Of a DNA stretch of 64,000 nucleotides, positions 14,305-63,595 are shown one piece after another. The notes beneath the pieces are model-generated. The model was not told the origin of the DNA, made no database searches, and saw nothing but the letters and a program-made list of their open reading frames with translations. Source of the stretch: Chrysomallon squamiferum. Its lineage: Eukaryota > Animalia > Mollusca. Position 1 is the first letter of the stretch; every line of letters begins with the position of its first letter. The translations under genes and the position numbers were made by a program. The DNA is taken from the NCBI GenBank assembly GCA_012295275.1, contig CM022670.1, positions 11,036,001 to 11,100,000 on the forward strand, in the 5' to 3' direction.

Positions 14305-14971
14305 ACACCTGGCCGTGCAGGTAAACGGAGAGCGAGCGACTTACCGAGCAGTACGGGGTATACGTTCGCCTCCCCCTTTCATAACCGCAGTTTTAATCCG
14401 TGGAGCTGCCTGAAAGAGGCAGACTCGCTATTCGCTGGTTCTCGCACTAGCGCCGCATTTGTTTGTACGTCGAGCGAGCAAACTCGGCGAAGTAACGCTC
14501 GTTCCTCTCTTTCTCCTCTTTGTGCTGGTTTGCGTCGCCTCTGCTCAAACTCGCAGTGTCCAGTCGACTCACACACAACGCTGGTGAAAAACGCGCCCAG
14601 GATCGGAAAGGGATTATCAGTCTTGTCAGAGGTGGGGAAAATGTTTAACGACTTCATTTTAACAGTGTATCTCGGATTTCTTAAAAAAAATTTAATTTTT
14701 TTTTTTTTTTATATCATTAATTTATCAGTGATGTGAGAAAGTGGAATTTTGACCGAAGGATTTATTATTTATTTATTTTAATTTTTTTTAAATTTTTGGT
14801 TGTTGTTGATGTTGTTGCTGTAAATCGATAAAGATTCTACAAGAGATTAAGCTGCTTTAAATATTACTGTTAGTTTGCTACGACACATGTTCACATTCTC
14901 ACGCTGTCTGTCAATCACTGAGTGGTCATCTCGCTAGGAATGATACGCCTGTATCTACCACACTCGAGGGG
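14305..14971 (+). promoter_or_regulatory. Candidate promoter and non-coding first exon(s) of the FREM1-like gene
   Basis: A GC/CpG-rich island (14305-14640) stands out from the AT-rich background. A consensus donor G|GTAAGT lies at 14972. The exon at 18331 has a clear acceptor, so it needs an upstream exon. Confidence 0.45.
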
Positions 14972-17271
14972 GTAAGTCTTTCCAGAGCGACTTACAGCTG
15001 AATAATTAACTGGTGGAATTATAACAGATCCAGTCAGCTTGTGTAACACGGCATAAGATCAGAACCTGCGTGACAACTAGCGGCTATCTTTCAGCTGTAA
15101 CAAGTGTACGTGGATGACAAGAACAAAACAAAAAACAAAAAAATTGTGCTTTTAGCTTTAGGATTTACTAGACGGAAAAATCAGGTATTTTCTTAAATCT
15201 AAAATATTGATAGAAAAACGAAGACTGTCTGCTGGATTTGTTATTTATTTAACGACACTGTCTGTATATTTTTGATTTATTTCAGATATGTTTTCAAACG
15301 AAGATTTTTTTTTTTTTTATAAGGGTGTTAATCTCATTTATGTATCAGATTTGCCGATATCGTTTATTAGGCCTACAGACTGCATACGTTTATTTATTTT
15401 AATATTTATGTAAACAGTTGATCTGCTTTATTTATAATTCAAAATAAGAGATTAAACTGACATTAATACGAATGTAATATCTGTGACAGTCTAGAAAGTT
15501 TATTGTATTTGTTATTGAACAATCACGTAATGTCAGTGGTCTGTGTGACATTTAACTCTGCACATTAAACTAATCACGTAGATCTCTAGCTGCACTGTGT
15601 GCACTCTAAACTCTCGTTTTAATTAACGACACACACTGTCACGTTATTAACTACCTTTATGATATAACGTTTCGTAGTTAAAACTGATACATAGAATTAA
15701 TTATCTGATAATGTATTATTATTATCATTATATTTATTATTACTATATGTACATGTATATGTATAGGTAAACATGCGCTTAAGTGTTTGTATGTAGTTGT
15801 TTTAAAGGTTCATTGAGATAATCATTAGCATTTACCGTAAAAAAAAAAAAAAAAAAAAAAAAAACGGCAACTTTAGAAATTATTTATTTCGTATCTTTCT
15901 TCGCGTTATCACATTGCTGTAAACATCACAATCATCATCGTTATCATCATCATCATCATTTAAATAAATTGCTACTAATTATTTCATACCTCACTTCTTT
16001 CAGTAAAACCTTCAATACCAGAACGCTAAGTTATTTTTTTTTATATATATATATATATATACGAATTAAGAAAAGATATCAGACGATTACTCATTCTTAT
16101 CTTGTTAATAAAAGATAAGAATGAAAGAAAAAAAACAAAACAACAACAAACAACTGCAGATGAAAAAAACATGCTGTCGTACGCGTTAATTTTTCACCAC
16201 TTTCATTATCGGGCTGCTGCACGGCGTAATGTAGAGGTCGCTGTTTTGTGCGGAACTTAACAAACTAACAGACAGCGTGATTAACAACGGGACGCTTTCA
16301 GGTCGTTCTAAGGCGCTAGCCTACGTATCAGAGCAGTGTGCATGTTTATTAATGAGATATTAAACTGTGATCTTCGGCTTTTATGTTGAACATAATATGC
16401 AGCAACGCTATCGTGTTTTTTTTTTTTTTTTTCCTTTAAGACACTGACAGGAAAAGTTTTAAACACATTGCTCGTCACGGAAAACAAAGACGTAACGTTT
16501 TCTCTAATTCATTATCTGTTATTTTCGTAAAAGTATATGTAACGTCTATCAGTAATGGCGACTATTAAACGTTGGCTTATAAAGCTTATAAAACACAAGG
16601 GGGGTTTTGTTTGTGTGATTTTCCCAATCCGGATGTGGTTACGGTAAATCAGTAAATAATACGATGGCTTGAAACTTAAACATTTGTCGCTGTGTCGCTA
16701 TTAAACGAAATCCGAGACTGATCCGTACCCAGATCTCGGCGACTGATCATTTCGCTGTTAGCGATGTCTGACTTACACTCCCCATGTTACGTTTCAGTAA
16801 ATGCTGTTCTCTTACAGCAATGTGAATATATAAATTAAAACAACAAAAAAAAGAAAAGTTGTACGGTTTTCAAAAATTCATTACCCATTGTATTTTTTTG
16901 TATTTTTTGTTTTTGTTTTGTTATATGAATGCTTGTTAGAGGTAATTTTTGTGTGCATAGTGGCAGGGTGAAAAAATGAATTTATACTTGTTGATTCCAT
17001 TGAGGTGTTACCATTGCAGTGAATATTGCAGTGTGTTGCTTCATATATTATAGGTCGAAATAAATGTTTTCTTTCTTTCACATACGTTCAACCTCTTCTT
17101 GTATTTTTTTCTTCCTCTTTCCTTGTATCTTTTTCTCTCGCTTCTCTTTCTCTCTTACTGACTGTCTGTAAGTCTGTCTCTATCTGTCTGTCCATTTATC
17201 TATTTATCAGTCCATGAATCTGTCTCTTTTTCTTTCAGTTTCTCTCTCTGACTGTCTGACTATCTATCTGA

Positions 17272-17306
<35 letters not shown>

Positions 17307-18081
17307 CCCATCTCTCTTTCTCTCTCTTTACCTGTATATCTATATGTCTGTCTGGCCGTTTATCTATCTGTTTGTTTATCTGTCTGACCATCTGTCTATC
17401 TATCTATCTGTCTCTCTCTCTATCTCTTTCTCTGAACGAACTAACTATAGTAAAGTGTTGTAAAACAATTTGTAAATTAGACCAATTAAGAGAAATGCGT
17501 CAGGGAACAACCTTCGTCTCTCTCTCTCTCTCTGTATCTGTTAACTTGAGTTTTCTTTTTTCAGCAGTAACTTTCACTTCAGTTTCGAGCAGACGCAATA
17601 AAAGTGTTATTTGAGTTTTCCCCCTTGTAACTTTATTTACCGAACAACTATTAAACGCTTTTAAAGTCACAACATAAACTTTTGGCACGAATATAATGTT
17701 AGTTACGTGTGTGTTACTGTCAGAGGCAAATCCAGCGTAATCAGTCTGTAGACAGTTACATGTTTTAAATGCTTTGAGAGACTCCGAGCCGGACAAACGA
17801 TAAGGTGGAATAAAAAAAATAAAAAAATATTTTAAATTAAGTAATAAAGAAATAATTTTTAACACGGCAGTAGGCAAGTAGTTAAGTTAAGTAAAAGAAG
17901 TTGTGGTTATTAGTCACACAAAAGCGTTTTCTTTTCTTGTTCTTGACCTGAGTGTTGTTGCTGACGGAAGCAAACGAGTGATTTCTCTGTCTGGTACAGA
18001 ACAAAAGAGAAAAGATTCACAATGTCCTCAATACACAGTTCATATAATGATCTGAAGATATTTTCTAATGTGTGTGTGTGT

Positions 18082-18154
<73 letters not shown>

Positions 18155-18385
18155 ATTTTAAATCGAATGCCTATTTTCATTCCTTTGTTTAAGAACAAAT
18201 ACACAAATAATTATAACGATGTGAGCCAACGCTTGTAATAATAATAGTAACAACAATATATGTAGTTACATACACTCCTTAAATCCTATACAAGCAGTCT
18301 GATGACATTTCCAACATTGTTTTGTTGCAGGTGTGAAACAGATGGATAATAAAAGGATACTATGTTCTTGGAGGACTTATGACCC

Positions 18386-53386
<35,001 letters not shown>

Positions 53387-53755
53387 AAACGAAGTCTTCG
53401 TGAGGATGTTCTGTTAGTTCTGTTAGCTGAAATTTGTCATTGACTAAGACACGAACCTGATTTTGCAATAAGAGTTGCATGAAGGTGTTTTTGAAGAGAA
53501 CAAGACTTTAATTCTGGTTCCTTTGTCATGAGGTGTAACGAGGAAAATAAGTTTCTTGTATAGAATATATAAATATAAATAAGAATTTGTAAACTTAGAT
53601 AAAAAAAAAAAAAAATATGCCATATAAGAAGCAATGATTCATCATGCAATAAGTACAATACCATAAAACCAAAAAACAACAAAAAACAAATCAAGCGACC
53701 AAACTCAGGGTCATTTAAGGTTATGGTCCAATATGGAATAAGTATATATACATAA

Positions 53756-53788
<33 letters not shown>

Positions 53789-55424
53789 CCATCAAATATT
53801 ATTTACATAAAACATCCTGGATAAAAATAAGAAACACTCATTTCATGTCAACAATAATGTGGGTAATTTCAAAACAAGAAAAAAAGTAACAGACTGAAAT
53901 TTTTATTCAGAACTCAGTGACTTACATTATCCAGTGCAACAACACGTGGAAGAGATTCAAGTATGAGTTAAATCTGTAAAAAAAAAACAAAAAAAAACGA
54001 CACTGTACTAAAGAAATCTTATTTGATCAAATCATTCTTGACATGAAAGGGCAGAGTGTTCTGGTGACATTTCAGCAGGTATTCATTGCACACACACACA
54101 CATACACACATACTATCGGAGAACATCACTAATTTAAATCTCATGAAGAACACATACTGAAAAAAAAAAAAAAAGATATTTAAAATGCACAACTGTATTT
54201 TATGTTTTTGTTTTTTTTGATATTATAAAAAAGTTATATTATTAGTAGACTGTTGGATGGGCCGGATGGTCACAAGCCAGTCCTAGATTGAAACCCTTTG
54301 ATTAAGATCACAGACAGACAGCTCTGCAGTGTTAACTAGAGGAATAATAAAATGTTTTGCACAGACTTGGCTTGCTTGTTCCAACTGATGTAAATATATC
54401 GTCTTATTGTGATAAAACACGTAGCAACATGTACATACATCCATGTGTAATCTACTGCAGCGATGTTTTGCAGTCTTCATAGATGAATATATTGTATTTT
54501 TTGTAATATTTTTCTGTCAATATGTTGTTTATTCTGCTTTAGAAATGAACTGAATTGTAGGTTTTGGTTATTTTAAAGTAACCAATTGATGAACGAAAAG
54601 AGAAAAATTATTGTCAGCATTTTATTTAGTTATTTTACTTTTTACTGTTAAATATGTTTTTCTTGATATATAAAATACTAATTGCCAGTGAAGAAGAAAA
54701 TGAAAATTAGTAATAATATATATAAAAAATAATAATTAACATTATAATACGAGATCAATTCAAAATATTTTGTTTTCTGAAATACTACCTACAAATGAAC
54801 AATGGAAATTTTTGAAATATTTTACATAGAATGGTTTCCGATTGCTTCTTTTACAATTTATATTTTACACACTAAGCAAAATTTCCTTAAATTAATTTTC
54901 ATTTAAACAGTAAAGTCTCCAAAACAATAGCAATACTTTTTTTTATAAATTTAACAAGCTTTGGAACAAAAACAGATTTAATTTTGTGAGCTGATATATC
55001 ATTTTGTACATATAAAAATGTTCATACTTTTTTTCAGTAGTGTTTTGCATCATGTTATATATCTAGAAATCAGTGTGATATTTACTGTGTTGTGTTATGT
55101 TGTGTCTCATGTTCGTAATGTTGGGTCACTTAGATTACTTTCAGTTGTTACTGTTGGTAGAACTGTTTGAAAATAGCAATAGTAAAGATTCTATATATTA
55201 TCCATCTCCTATCCCATGCAAAAAATAAAACAAAATTAAAAGTTATTATTATTATTATTTATTTTATAATTAGAGGATTGCAAAATTTATTCAATGGAGA
55301 CTTAATAAAAAAAAAAAAAAATAAAAAAAAATAAAATAAAATACAAAATACAAAATACTACTACTACTATAATAATAATTTAATGCAAAGCATACCTATT
55401 ATCAGTCATTAATGCAAATTCACA

Positions 55425-55455
<31 letters not shown>

Positions 55456-55770
55456 TGCCCATTCCATACATGAACATACACACACATACATAAACCCACA
55501 CACACAAGCACACAGATACACACTTAAATTGCTGTTATATATATTAAAATATATTTGATATACTAGATAATTTAGTTTCATTAAAGAAAAAGAAAATGAC
55601 ACAATACTGTTTTAACACTTGAGAAATAAATTCTGCATATATCATTTAAGAAGAAACCCCTTAATAAGTGCTATCAACTACACAGTAGTTTGTTACTTCA
55701 GTATTCACTGTTACAGTACTGTTAAAATGTATGTTAGTAGCATCTAAAACAAATTATCTTGCATTACTTA

Positions 55771-55804
<34 letters not shown>

Positions 55805-56162
55805 TAATAATAAAATATTACTGACGAACTTGAAAGGTAATTCTCAAGTTATACACTTTCAAAACTTATTAAAGTTGTTGATTTAAATTTTTAAAAATTC
55901 TCACCAGAATAAATTACCTAATTTTTCAATTTATGATACGATATAAAAAATAGCGTTATTTAAAAAAAATTTTTTTTTTTATAAAGCTAAATTATTTTTT
56001 ATCTGCCTTTAAATCGGTTTATTTCTAAATAGTGTACATCATTTAAAACATGTAAATATGCAGTATGTTGTTCATGAACAATAAATACATGAAAATTCTA
56101 ATATACAGGATACACAGTTTGTTAATAAACTGAAGACTGTTATGTGTATCTGAATAGTGCTA

Positions 56163-56570
56163 AGTTTAACATGTTGTATCCGACTATACTGCATAGTTAA
56201 ACATGATGTATCCGACTATACTGCATAGTTTAACATGTTGTATCCGACTATACTGCATAGTTAAACATGATGTATCAGATTATACTGCATAGTTTAACAC
56301 ATCAGACTATACTACATAGTTTAACATGTTGTATCAGACTATACTGCATAGTTTAACATGTTGTATCCGACTATACTGCATAGTTAAACATGATGTATCA
56401 GATTATACTGCATAGTTTAACACATCAGACTATACTGCATAGTTTAACATGATGTATCCGACTATACTGCATAGTTAAACATGATGTATCAGATTATACT
56501 GCAAAGTTTAACATATCAGACTATACTGCATAGTTTAAACATGTTGTATCAGACTATAGAACATAGTTTA
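56163..56570. repeat. 32-bp minisatellite, 13 units, three of them 27-bp deletion variants
   Basis: Unit AGTTTAACATGTTGTATCCGACTATACTGCAT. Confidence 0.95.
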
Positions 56571-57323
56571 TTATTTACGTTGTTACTGTGTTGGTTAACG
56601 TATTTAGTCACCATGTCTGGTTTTCTTCTTTTTTTTTTCTTTGTTCCATGTTAATTTCTGTGTACATTTGACATAAAATAAAATATATAAACAATCTGTG
56701 TTTGTCTGCACATACATGCACAAGTTGAAACATAGAGATATGATATACACATATAAATGAGTAGTGTAAAAAAGAAAAAAGAAAAGTAAAATTCTTTATA
56801 CTTACAAGGTTATTTGCTTTGTCAGACATTAGAAATATCAACATTTTTTTTTTTTTTTTTTTTAATTTAAGAAACAAATTTCATTTTCTACATTTTCTTT
56901 CAAGATTATATTTTTAAAATCAAGAAAATGAGTATTAAAATATTTTGATACTGATCAATCCTTCCCATGCAGAATTAAAATAAAATTTCCTGCTGTCAGT
57001 ATTTACCACAAAATTAAAAAAAAATAGAGTATAAAAATAAAATAAAATAAGAAAAAGTTATTCCAAAACTGTTTTCATTAAATCCAAAACACACAAAATA
57101 TTTACTTCCCTTCTTCCCAATAAAAAATACTGGCCATAAATCCATCAAATGTGTAAAAGCAGTTCAAGATTTTGTTCTGTTTAATGTCTATACGGTATTT
57201 TAAAAATAATATACTGCAAAATGACCGTTTTATTATGAAAGAAGCAGTGAAAAAGCTTTATAAATATTTTTTTTTAAATTGTTCTTTGCCATGCTTAAGC
57301 TTTATATTGAATTATATACCACC

Positions 57324-57361
<38 letters not shown>

Positions 57362-58687
57362 TACTTTAAGATATTTTGCATAAACGTAGACCCCTCCAAC
57401 ACCAATAAATGTGAGTGAAAGATTAACATCTTGAAAGATTAAAAACTCGATCTTCGCAATGAAAAAAAAAAAACAACTGCATACAACTTTAATGGCTGCT
57501 CACTGCAAGATTTTATTACTATTTTATATTTTACACTGAGAATTCACAAAGAAACAGTTTACAGTTTAATATTTCCAAATCGGTTCTCACACATTTCAAA
57601 TTTATTCGCATGATTTATATTAATAATTTGCTTTTTTAAAAGAAAAAAAAAAAAAAAAAAAAAAAATATTTAAAATTTACTTACGATTTGCATTGATAAT
57701 TTGCATTGACGATTTGCATTGAACAGATGTTATATGTAAATACTGACGTTGTATAACGTGCATTTTCTCATTTGATTACATTTAAAAAAAAAAAAAAAAT
57801 AATAAAGGTTTGTGCGCAATAAACTCTAGTGTTTATGTAGTCATCGCATTAAAGGAAAGTTTTCACAAAGTGGCAGTCCTCGCAAAGCTGTTACATACAA
57901 CACGGCACTCGACAAATCATAACAACAGACGTGTTTTCATCTGGGTGTTCTCAAAGTAGATTGAATTACAAAGCACAGAGAATGGCCATTAATTGCATAC
58001 AAAAAAAATTTAAAAAATTATACTTCATGAAAAATACATTTAAACAGTGTTTCGTTTGCTACAAATTCTCTTTATAACGTGCGATGTGCAGGATATTGCA
58101 TTTCAAGACATACAGTTCATGCTCATCATTATCAAAGTTCATTTTTTAAATTAATTTATTTTTATTAATTTTTATTTTTATTTTTTTTTAAGTCTGTTGG
58201 GCATGTAAAAAAATATTTGTCACTTTGTTGAGGTTGTGCCAAAAAAAAAAATCATCTCAACAAGTTACTTCTGAATGAAAAGAGGAAAATGTTAAAGAAA
58301 ACAAATGTTCAAAACTGAAGAAAAAAAAAACACCTTTTATTTATAAATTTTACTTTTATAGGAGACCCAGAAACAGTCGTTATAAATAAACAAATAAATA
58401 AATACATTAAGATTAAAGCAAATAAGTACTCTTTAAATAGCTGCACAAATTCAGTTTTCCTAAGCTAACAAATTCAACAGAAATTTTATATTTGTTTCGT
58501 ATTGACATTCATATGAACTAGGGCAGGTTTACGTAGGCCTGTTTCTGTATAGTTATCATACAACATAATTATGTGAAGGCATGTGTGAAACAGGGCCTTA
58601 GCTTAGAGTTTCACAATCAAATCACACAACAGGAAAAAAAGAGAAGAGTCAGTAAGAGATAAATATTCATTAGCACGATTGTATATA

Positions 58688-58993
58688 CAGATACCGGACC
58701 AATTATCCGGCGTCCTGAAATCCGGAAAGACCAAAAACTGGAAGTTTTTTCCCGACGCTATTTTCATAATTCGTGCGCGCGGGTGTTGTCCTCACCAGAC
58801 CGGAACTACTCTTTCAAGCCTCGTGGCGTTCATTCACTCGCCGCACTGTTTACGTGTCGAGTCGCCACAGTTGTCTATCGTCAATTTTTCTTTATGTTTT
58901 TAATTTCAAAATGTTTATGCCTAATAATTTACGTATCCAGAAATCCGGAATGCCTCAGGTCCCAAGGTGTCCGGATAATTGGTCCGGTACCTG
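58688..58993. mobile_element. 306-bp Tigger-type MITE
   Basis: 23-bp TIRs CAGATACCGGACCAATTATCCGG / CAGGTACCGGACCAATTATCCGG differ by one base. The left flank is TA and the right flank is CA (probably a mutated TA). Subterminal AAATCCGGAA repeats and GGTCCCAAG recall MER46/Tigger4-type ends. Confidence 0.85.
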
Positions 58994-59289
58994 CATATTT
59001 TATTGACAAACTGGTATTTTTTTTTTTATTATTGCGTTTATGCATAATATCAGTGTAATTTATGGCCAATGAAAATGGTCATAAACCTTCTGCTATATTC
59101 AGTTCTTCAACAAAATAAACAAATTTTAAAAAAAAGAAGGAAACGTCTCCTAAGTTAATGAACATGACACCACACCTAGAGCTGCTGAGTCCCAGTTTAT
59201 CCCCAATATCGCTGAAACGAGTATCAAAAATAATTGTTCTGCTTGTTGTTTTAATAAAAGTTAAATTATTATAATCAAAAATGTACTAA

Positions 59290-59347
<58 letters not shown>

Positions 59348-59658
59348 GGTGTATAATGTAGTTTAAAATCACACACATACATACACACACACACAAAAAT
59401 ACCCAGACAAATACCCAGACAAAACTAATACACAATTTGTCAGTACTTCAAAGGAAATTTTATGGAAAGGATCAAGATTTAAATGTATATTTTAAAGAAG
59501 ATTTGAAACTATACTGCAAATTAATTTCATAAAAGAAAACAGAATACAATTTTGCCGTTATCAAATTTTAGATTTAAAACGTATTTTTAAATTTGCTTGT
59601 CGAGAAAGTTAGGAAGGGAGGTAAATCTTACAACCTTCAACTGCAACGTTCCTTCTGA

Positions 59659-59922
59659 TAGTTTCGGCAACCTTTTTCGAGAAGCGGGCCACATGACACG
59701 TGGCTCATCCTCAGGCGGGCCGCAATTACTAATTTAGTTTTTACGTAGAGTTTATTTCAAGAAATTTTTCATTTTCATTTACTTCAGGAACTGTTATAAT
59801 AAAAAAAAAATTACGTGCCTTTTAGTACATTAGTAGATACAAAATAGACTCATTTTATAAATTATGAATTAAAATTATTTTCCTTGTGAAATTAGGCGGA
59901 CCACTCAGAATGCCCATGACTG
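59659..59922. mobile_element. Possible decayed hAT (Charlie-like) non-autonomous element
   Basis: Starts ...GGCAACCTTTTT, carries two GCGGGCC motifs plus a GCGGACC variant, and ends TGCCCATGACTG. These motifs are typical of hAT MITE ends, but the TIR match is poor. Confidence 0.35.
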
Positions 59923-60910
59923 GTTTATATCATGGATACAGTACTCCCAAATTATCAGAAATGTACAGCCCTAGGGAATTAAATATTTCTGTGAATAATA
60001 TTTTCTATGAAACATGAAAGCAGTGAGAAATATATTTCGTATGCAGCGTATATAAATAATATTAATAATCGTTGATGGTCGTTGTCCTCTGCTCGAACCC
60101 ACAGAGGGCAGGCACTTAGTCTAACTGGCATAAGTTTATGATTTTCAGGAGGCCTGCTCCTCCAGGAAGAAGTAAAGGAGGGGGTTACCCTTTGTTAAAG
60201 ATTAATAATACTATAAAGAAGGATCCTTTAGCATAAAATATTAATATTTAAAAAAAGATTCATTAAAAAAAAAAAAAAAAAGATAATGCAGATACAATAT
60301 TTTAAAAACGAAACCAAATAACTGACACTAAGTTATATCTTAATTTATTATTGCATGCATCTTGTTGTTGTGACCGCACTATTAAGATAATTTTCTTAAT
60401 AGTTTTTTTATTTGTGTTTATTTGTTTTAAGTATAAATACATCTTATATACCATACTTACAAGCGTACGCCAGTTTATAAATCGTTTTACAAAAATACTT
60501 AATTAGCATTTTGAAATATGTCCTACATTTTATCATCTGATCAGGCCCGTTTTCAGCTTTGCATGGGCTTTCGTCTATCATACATAATCAAATTCGCTGG
60601 GATATGCATACATTTTTTTTTCAGAAAAGCAATTCACACAAGCAACATTTTATTTAGATATTGTCGTTTGTTTTCTCTGAATTTGCAGTCAGTAAAATAG
60701 CTCGTTGTTCTCATTTCTGCGTACAAGCAGTCTTCTTACAAATAACTTGTTTGCCACGCCCTCTTTTAAAACTTTTGGCAGTTACATTTATTCATAATGA
60801 ATAATTTACACAAACTCATTGGTTTATTTTAAGAAATACAGTTACCACTTCCACCGTGCAATTCATTACATAGACTTGTCCGATTTTTAGGCTTGCTTAA
60901 CTTGCAACTA

Positions 60911-60988
60911 TAACAACAACAACAACAACAACAACACACATACATACATACATACATACATACATACATACATACATACATACATACA

Positions 60989-61048
<60 letters not shown>
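60911..61048. repeat. (AAC)n-(TACA)n-(TA)n compound microsatellite
   Basis: Read directly from the sequence. Confidence 0.97.
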
Positions 61049-61052
<4 letters not shown>

Positions 61053-61139
61053 AATTCCACCATTAAATTTCTTTAATAAAAGAAAACAAAACATCAGATG
61101 TCAGTTTAATTATTTCAAAGTGACTGTCTGGCATTCGAT

Positions 61140-61838
61140 ATTTTGTTCCAAGCAGCAATGAAACCGGTGATTTACAGCACAAATGCCTGTGTCAGGTGTT
61201 CCACCAGCCGCGGCTTCTCTCTCACTTTAAACATTGTTTTTCTGGCGTCAAATATTCCACGAGTTTCTGCAGAACTTCCTCTGTCTTTGTTTACAACTTT
61301 ACTAGGCCGTTCAAAACTAGCTAGCAACGTATCCAAAACGTTTTTCTTTTTATATTTGTCGGTATCTTTAAATTCGGTAAAAGAAATTTAGTCTGTAAAC
61401 GGAGTTAGTTTTAGTTACAAGAACGTCAAAGTTGGTGGAAAATCTTGTTTTGTTTCTTCCAGCCGTTCATTGGTCTTACCCAGTTTCCGCAAACTGACCA
61501 TGTATGGAAGCTGCTGATAACTTTGCCGATTAGAATCAGGCTTATGCAGCGCTGGAGAACCGTGGACAACTCTTAAGTGATGCATGCGCTTGGATAATTT
61601 CTCTGTAGCCCGTATTCCTAGTATGCGTTTGACTGGGTGAGTTAAGATTTCTTATTATCAGTCCTCTATATTTTTTTTTTTTTTTCAATTCAATTTGTTT
61701 TTGAGTTCGACTGTTTCAGCGATATAAAGTCATTCAGATAGAGACGTATAGAAAGTAGTTGATGTTATTTTTGACAGTTCAAAAAAAAAAAAAAAAAAAA
61801 AAAATAAGACTTTTAAAAAATACACACAATTAACCAAA
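61140..61838 (+). promoter_or_regulatory. Candidate promoter and 5' UTR of the downstream gene, with a putative 83-nt UTR intron at 61637-61719
   Basis: CpG-enriched stretch. Donor GG|GTGAGT at 61637, then a T-rich tract and acceptor ctgtttcag| ending at 61719. Confidence 0.45.
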
Positions 61839-62139
61839 ATGGAAACTGCAAAAAGCAGCGAAGAGCAGCAGCATGTTTTTGAAAACGCGGAACCCCTCGT
61901 GGAGAAAAGTTCCCCGTCCGTAGAGGTGATCAAACCGATTGACGAAGAAGAGATTAACGGTGGTTTAGAGCCGCAAGAACCGGTCGAACCAGTTCCTGGT
62001 TCAGAAGATCAGCCGCTGTCGTCGGTCGCGAAACGGGACGAAGAATGCGTGGACATGCCGCCAGAGTTCGAAGAAGAAAATAATGAACGGATTAAAGAAT
62101 CCTCGACGCCAAAGAGGAAACTAACACGGATGGAGAAAA
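61839..62139 (+). CDS. First coding exon of an unidentified gene with an acidic Glu/Pro-rich disordered N-terminus
   Basis: aaaATGg has a strong Kozak context and the region has GC-rich, coding-like composition. Donor A|GTAAGA at 62140, phase 1, is compatible with the next exon. Confidence 0.78.
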
Positions 62140-62196
62140 GTAAGAGTGTGCACTTGCATGTTTGCCAGATTGTGTTTTGTCACTGCTTAACTTAGT

Positions 62197-62485
62197 ATGG
62201 TAATAATAAACACTGTAAAGGTTAATATGGTATTATTAAATACTGTAAAGATTGATATGATAATATTAAATAATGTAAAGACTGAATGGTAATATTAAAT
62301 ACTGTAAAGACTGAATGGTAATATTAAATACTGTAAAGATTGATATGGTTATATTAAATACTGTAAAGATTGATATGGTAATATTAAACACTGTAAAGAT
62401 TGATATGGTAATATTAAACACTGTAAAGATTGATATGGTAATATTAAACACTGTAAAGATTGATACGGTAATATTAAACTCTGTT
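62197..62485. repeat. 30-bp minisatellite, about 10 copies
   Basis: Unit ATGGTAATATTAAACACTGTAAAGATTGAT explains the MVILNTVKID repeat ORF. Confidence 0.95.
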
Positions 62486-63595
62486 TCAGGAAAAGATCCA
62501 ATAAATATTGATTAAAATATTAAAGAAATATGTAATTAATAACTACTTTTATGTCCGTGCTTTCATAAATACAGCCTAATTAGTTCTGAATACAGTCGAT
62601 AGTGATATCACTTTAAATTTTTTTTTTTTTTTTTTTATTGTATTCAGTATTTTATAAATCTGATATTACATGCACTTTATTATTATTATTTTCACAATTA
62701 TTATCGTCATACCGTCATCATTTTCATCATTATTAATATATTATTATTATGTTATTATTTTTATTACTATTATTATTATGATTATTATTATTATAATTAT
62801 TATTGTTGTTATTATTATTATCATCATCATTATTATTATTATTATCACTTTTATCATCATCATCATCTTTATTATTATTTTTATTTTTATTATTGTTATT
62901 GTTATATTCATCATCATCATCATCATCATTATTATCATTATTCTTCCTCACGGTATGAAAGAAGTTGAAATATTTAGACAAGTGTTAAAGGTATGAGGCT
63001 GATATTTAAGGAATTCGCAATCTGTCAGGTGAAGTAAGTGATGGCAGGTGTGTGGACGGATGTATGTATTAAAATAACCTCCCAGATCTACCTGTGCAGA
63101 ACTTAATTTACCTTCTGTAATTAGTTCTCCCTTTTATCTTTATCTTATATTCCTGCTAAAAAAAAAAACACTATTGTATATTTGTTATAGATATACATAC
63201 CTACTTATACGAGCAGACACACACACACACACACACACAAACACATCTCATATATATATGTGTGTGAGTGTGCTAACTGAGAAATATATAAAAATAATCT
63301 AATATCAATGTCAGGTTATGTAACTATGAAATTTTAATCTGCAATACATTTTTGTTTGTTTCTACTGTTTGAATATTTATTATCAATTACACTGAACCAT
63401 TTTTTTTAAGAAGCTTAAATACTGAAGAATATATATAACTGCCATACTCCTCACTAAAACAGGAGTGAAGAAAAAAAAAAAAAAAAAACAACAACGTTAA
63501 ACGCTTGCAGTTTTAGAATAAATATTAACCTTACTTCATCGGTTTTGCATTTACATGCAGTCTAAATCGTTCTATTTATTTATTTGTTCTTTTAG

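Noticed and set aside
53387-56100. FREM1 polyadenylation site
   Set aside because: Many AATAAA hexamers occur by chance in this AT-rich DNA, and I cannot choose one without transcript data.
56163-56570. CRISPR-like 32-bp periodicity
   Set aside because: Units are head-to-tail without unique spacers, there are no cas genes, and the context is eukaryotic.
62266-62996. Repeat-peptide and poly-Ile/Asn ORFs
   Set aside because: Produced by the 30-bp minisatellite and ATT/ATC microsatellites inside an intron.
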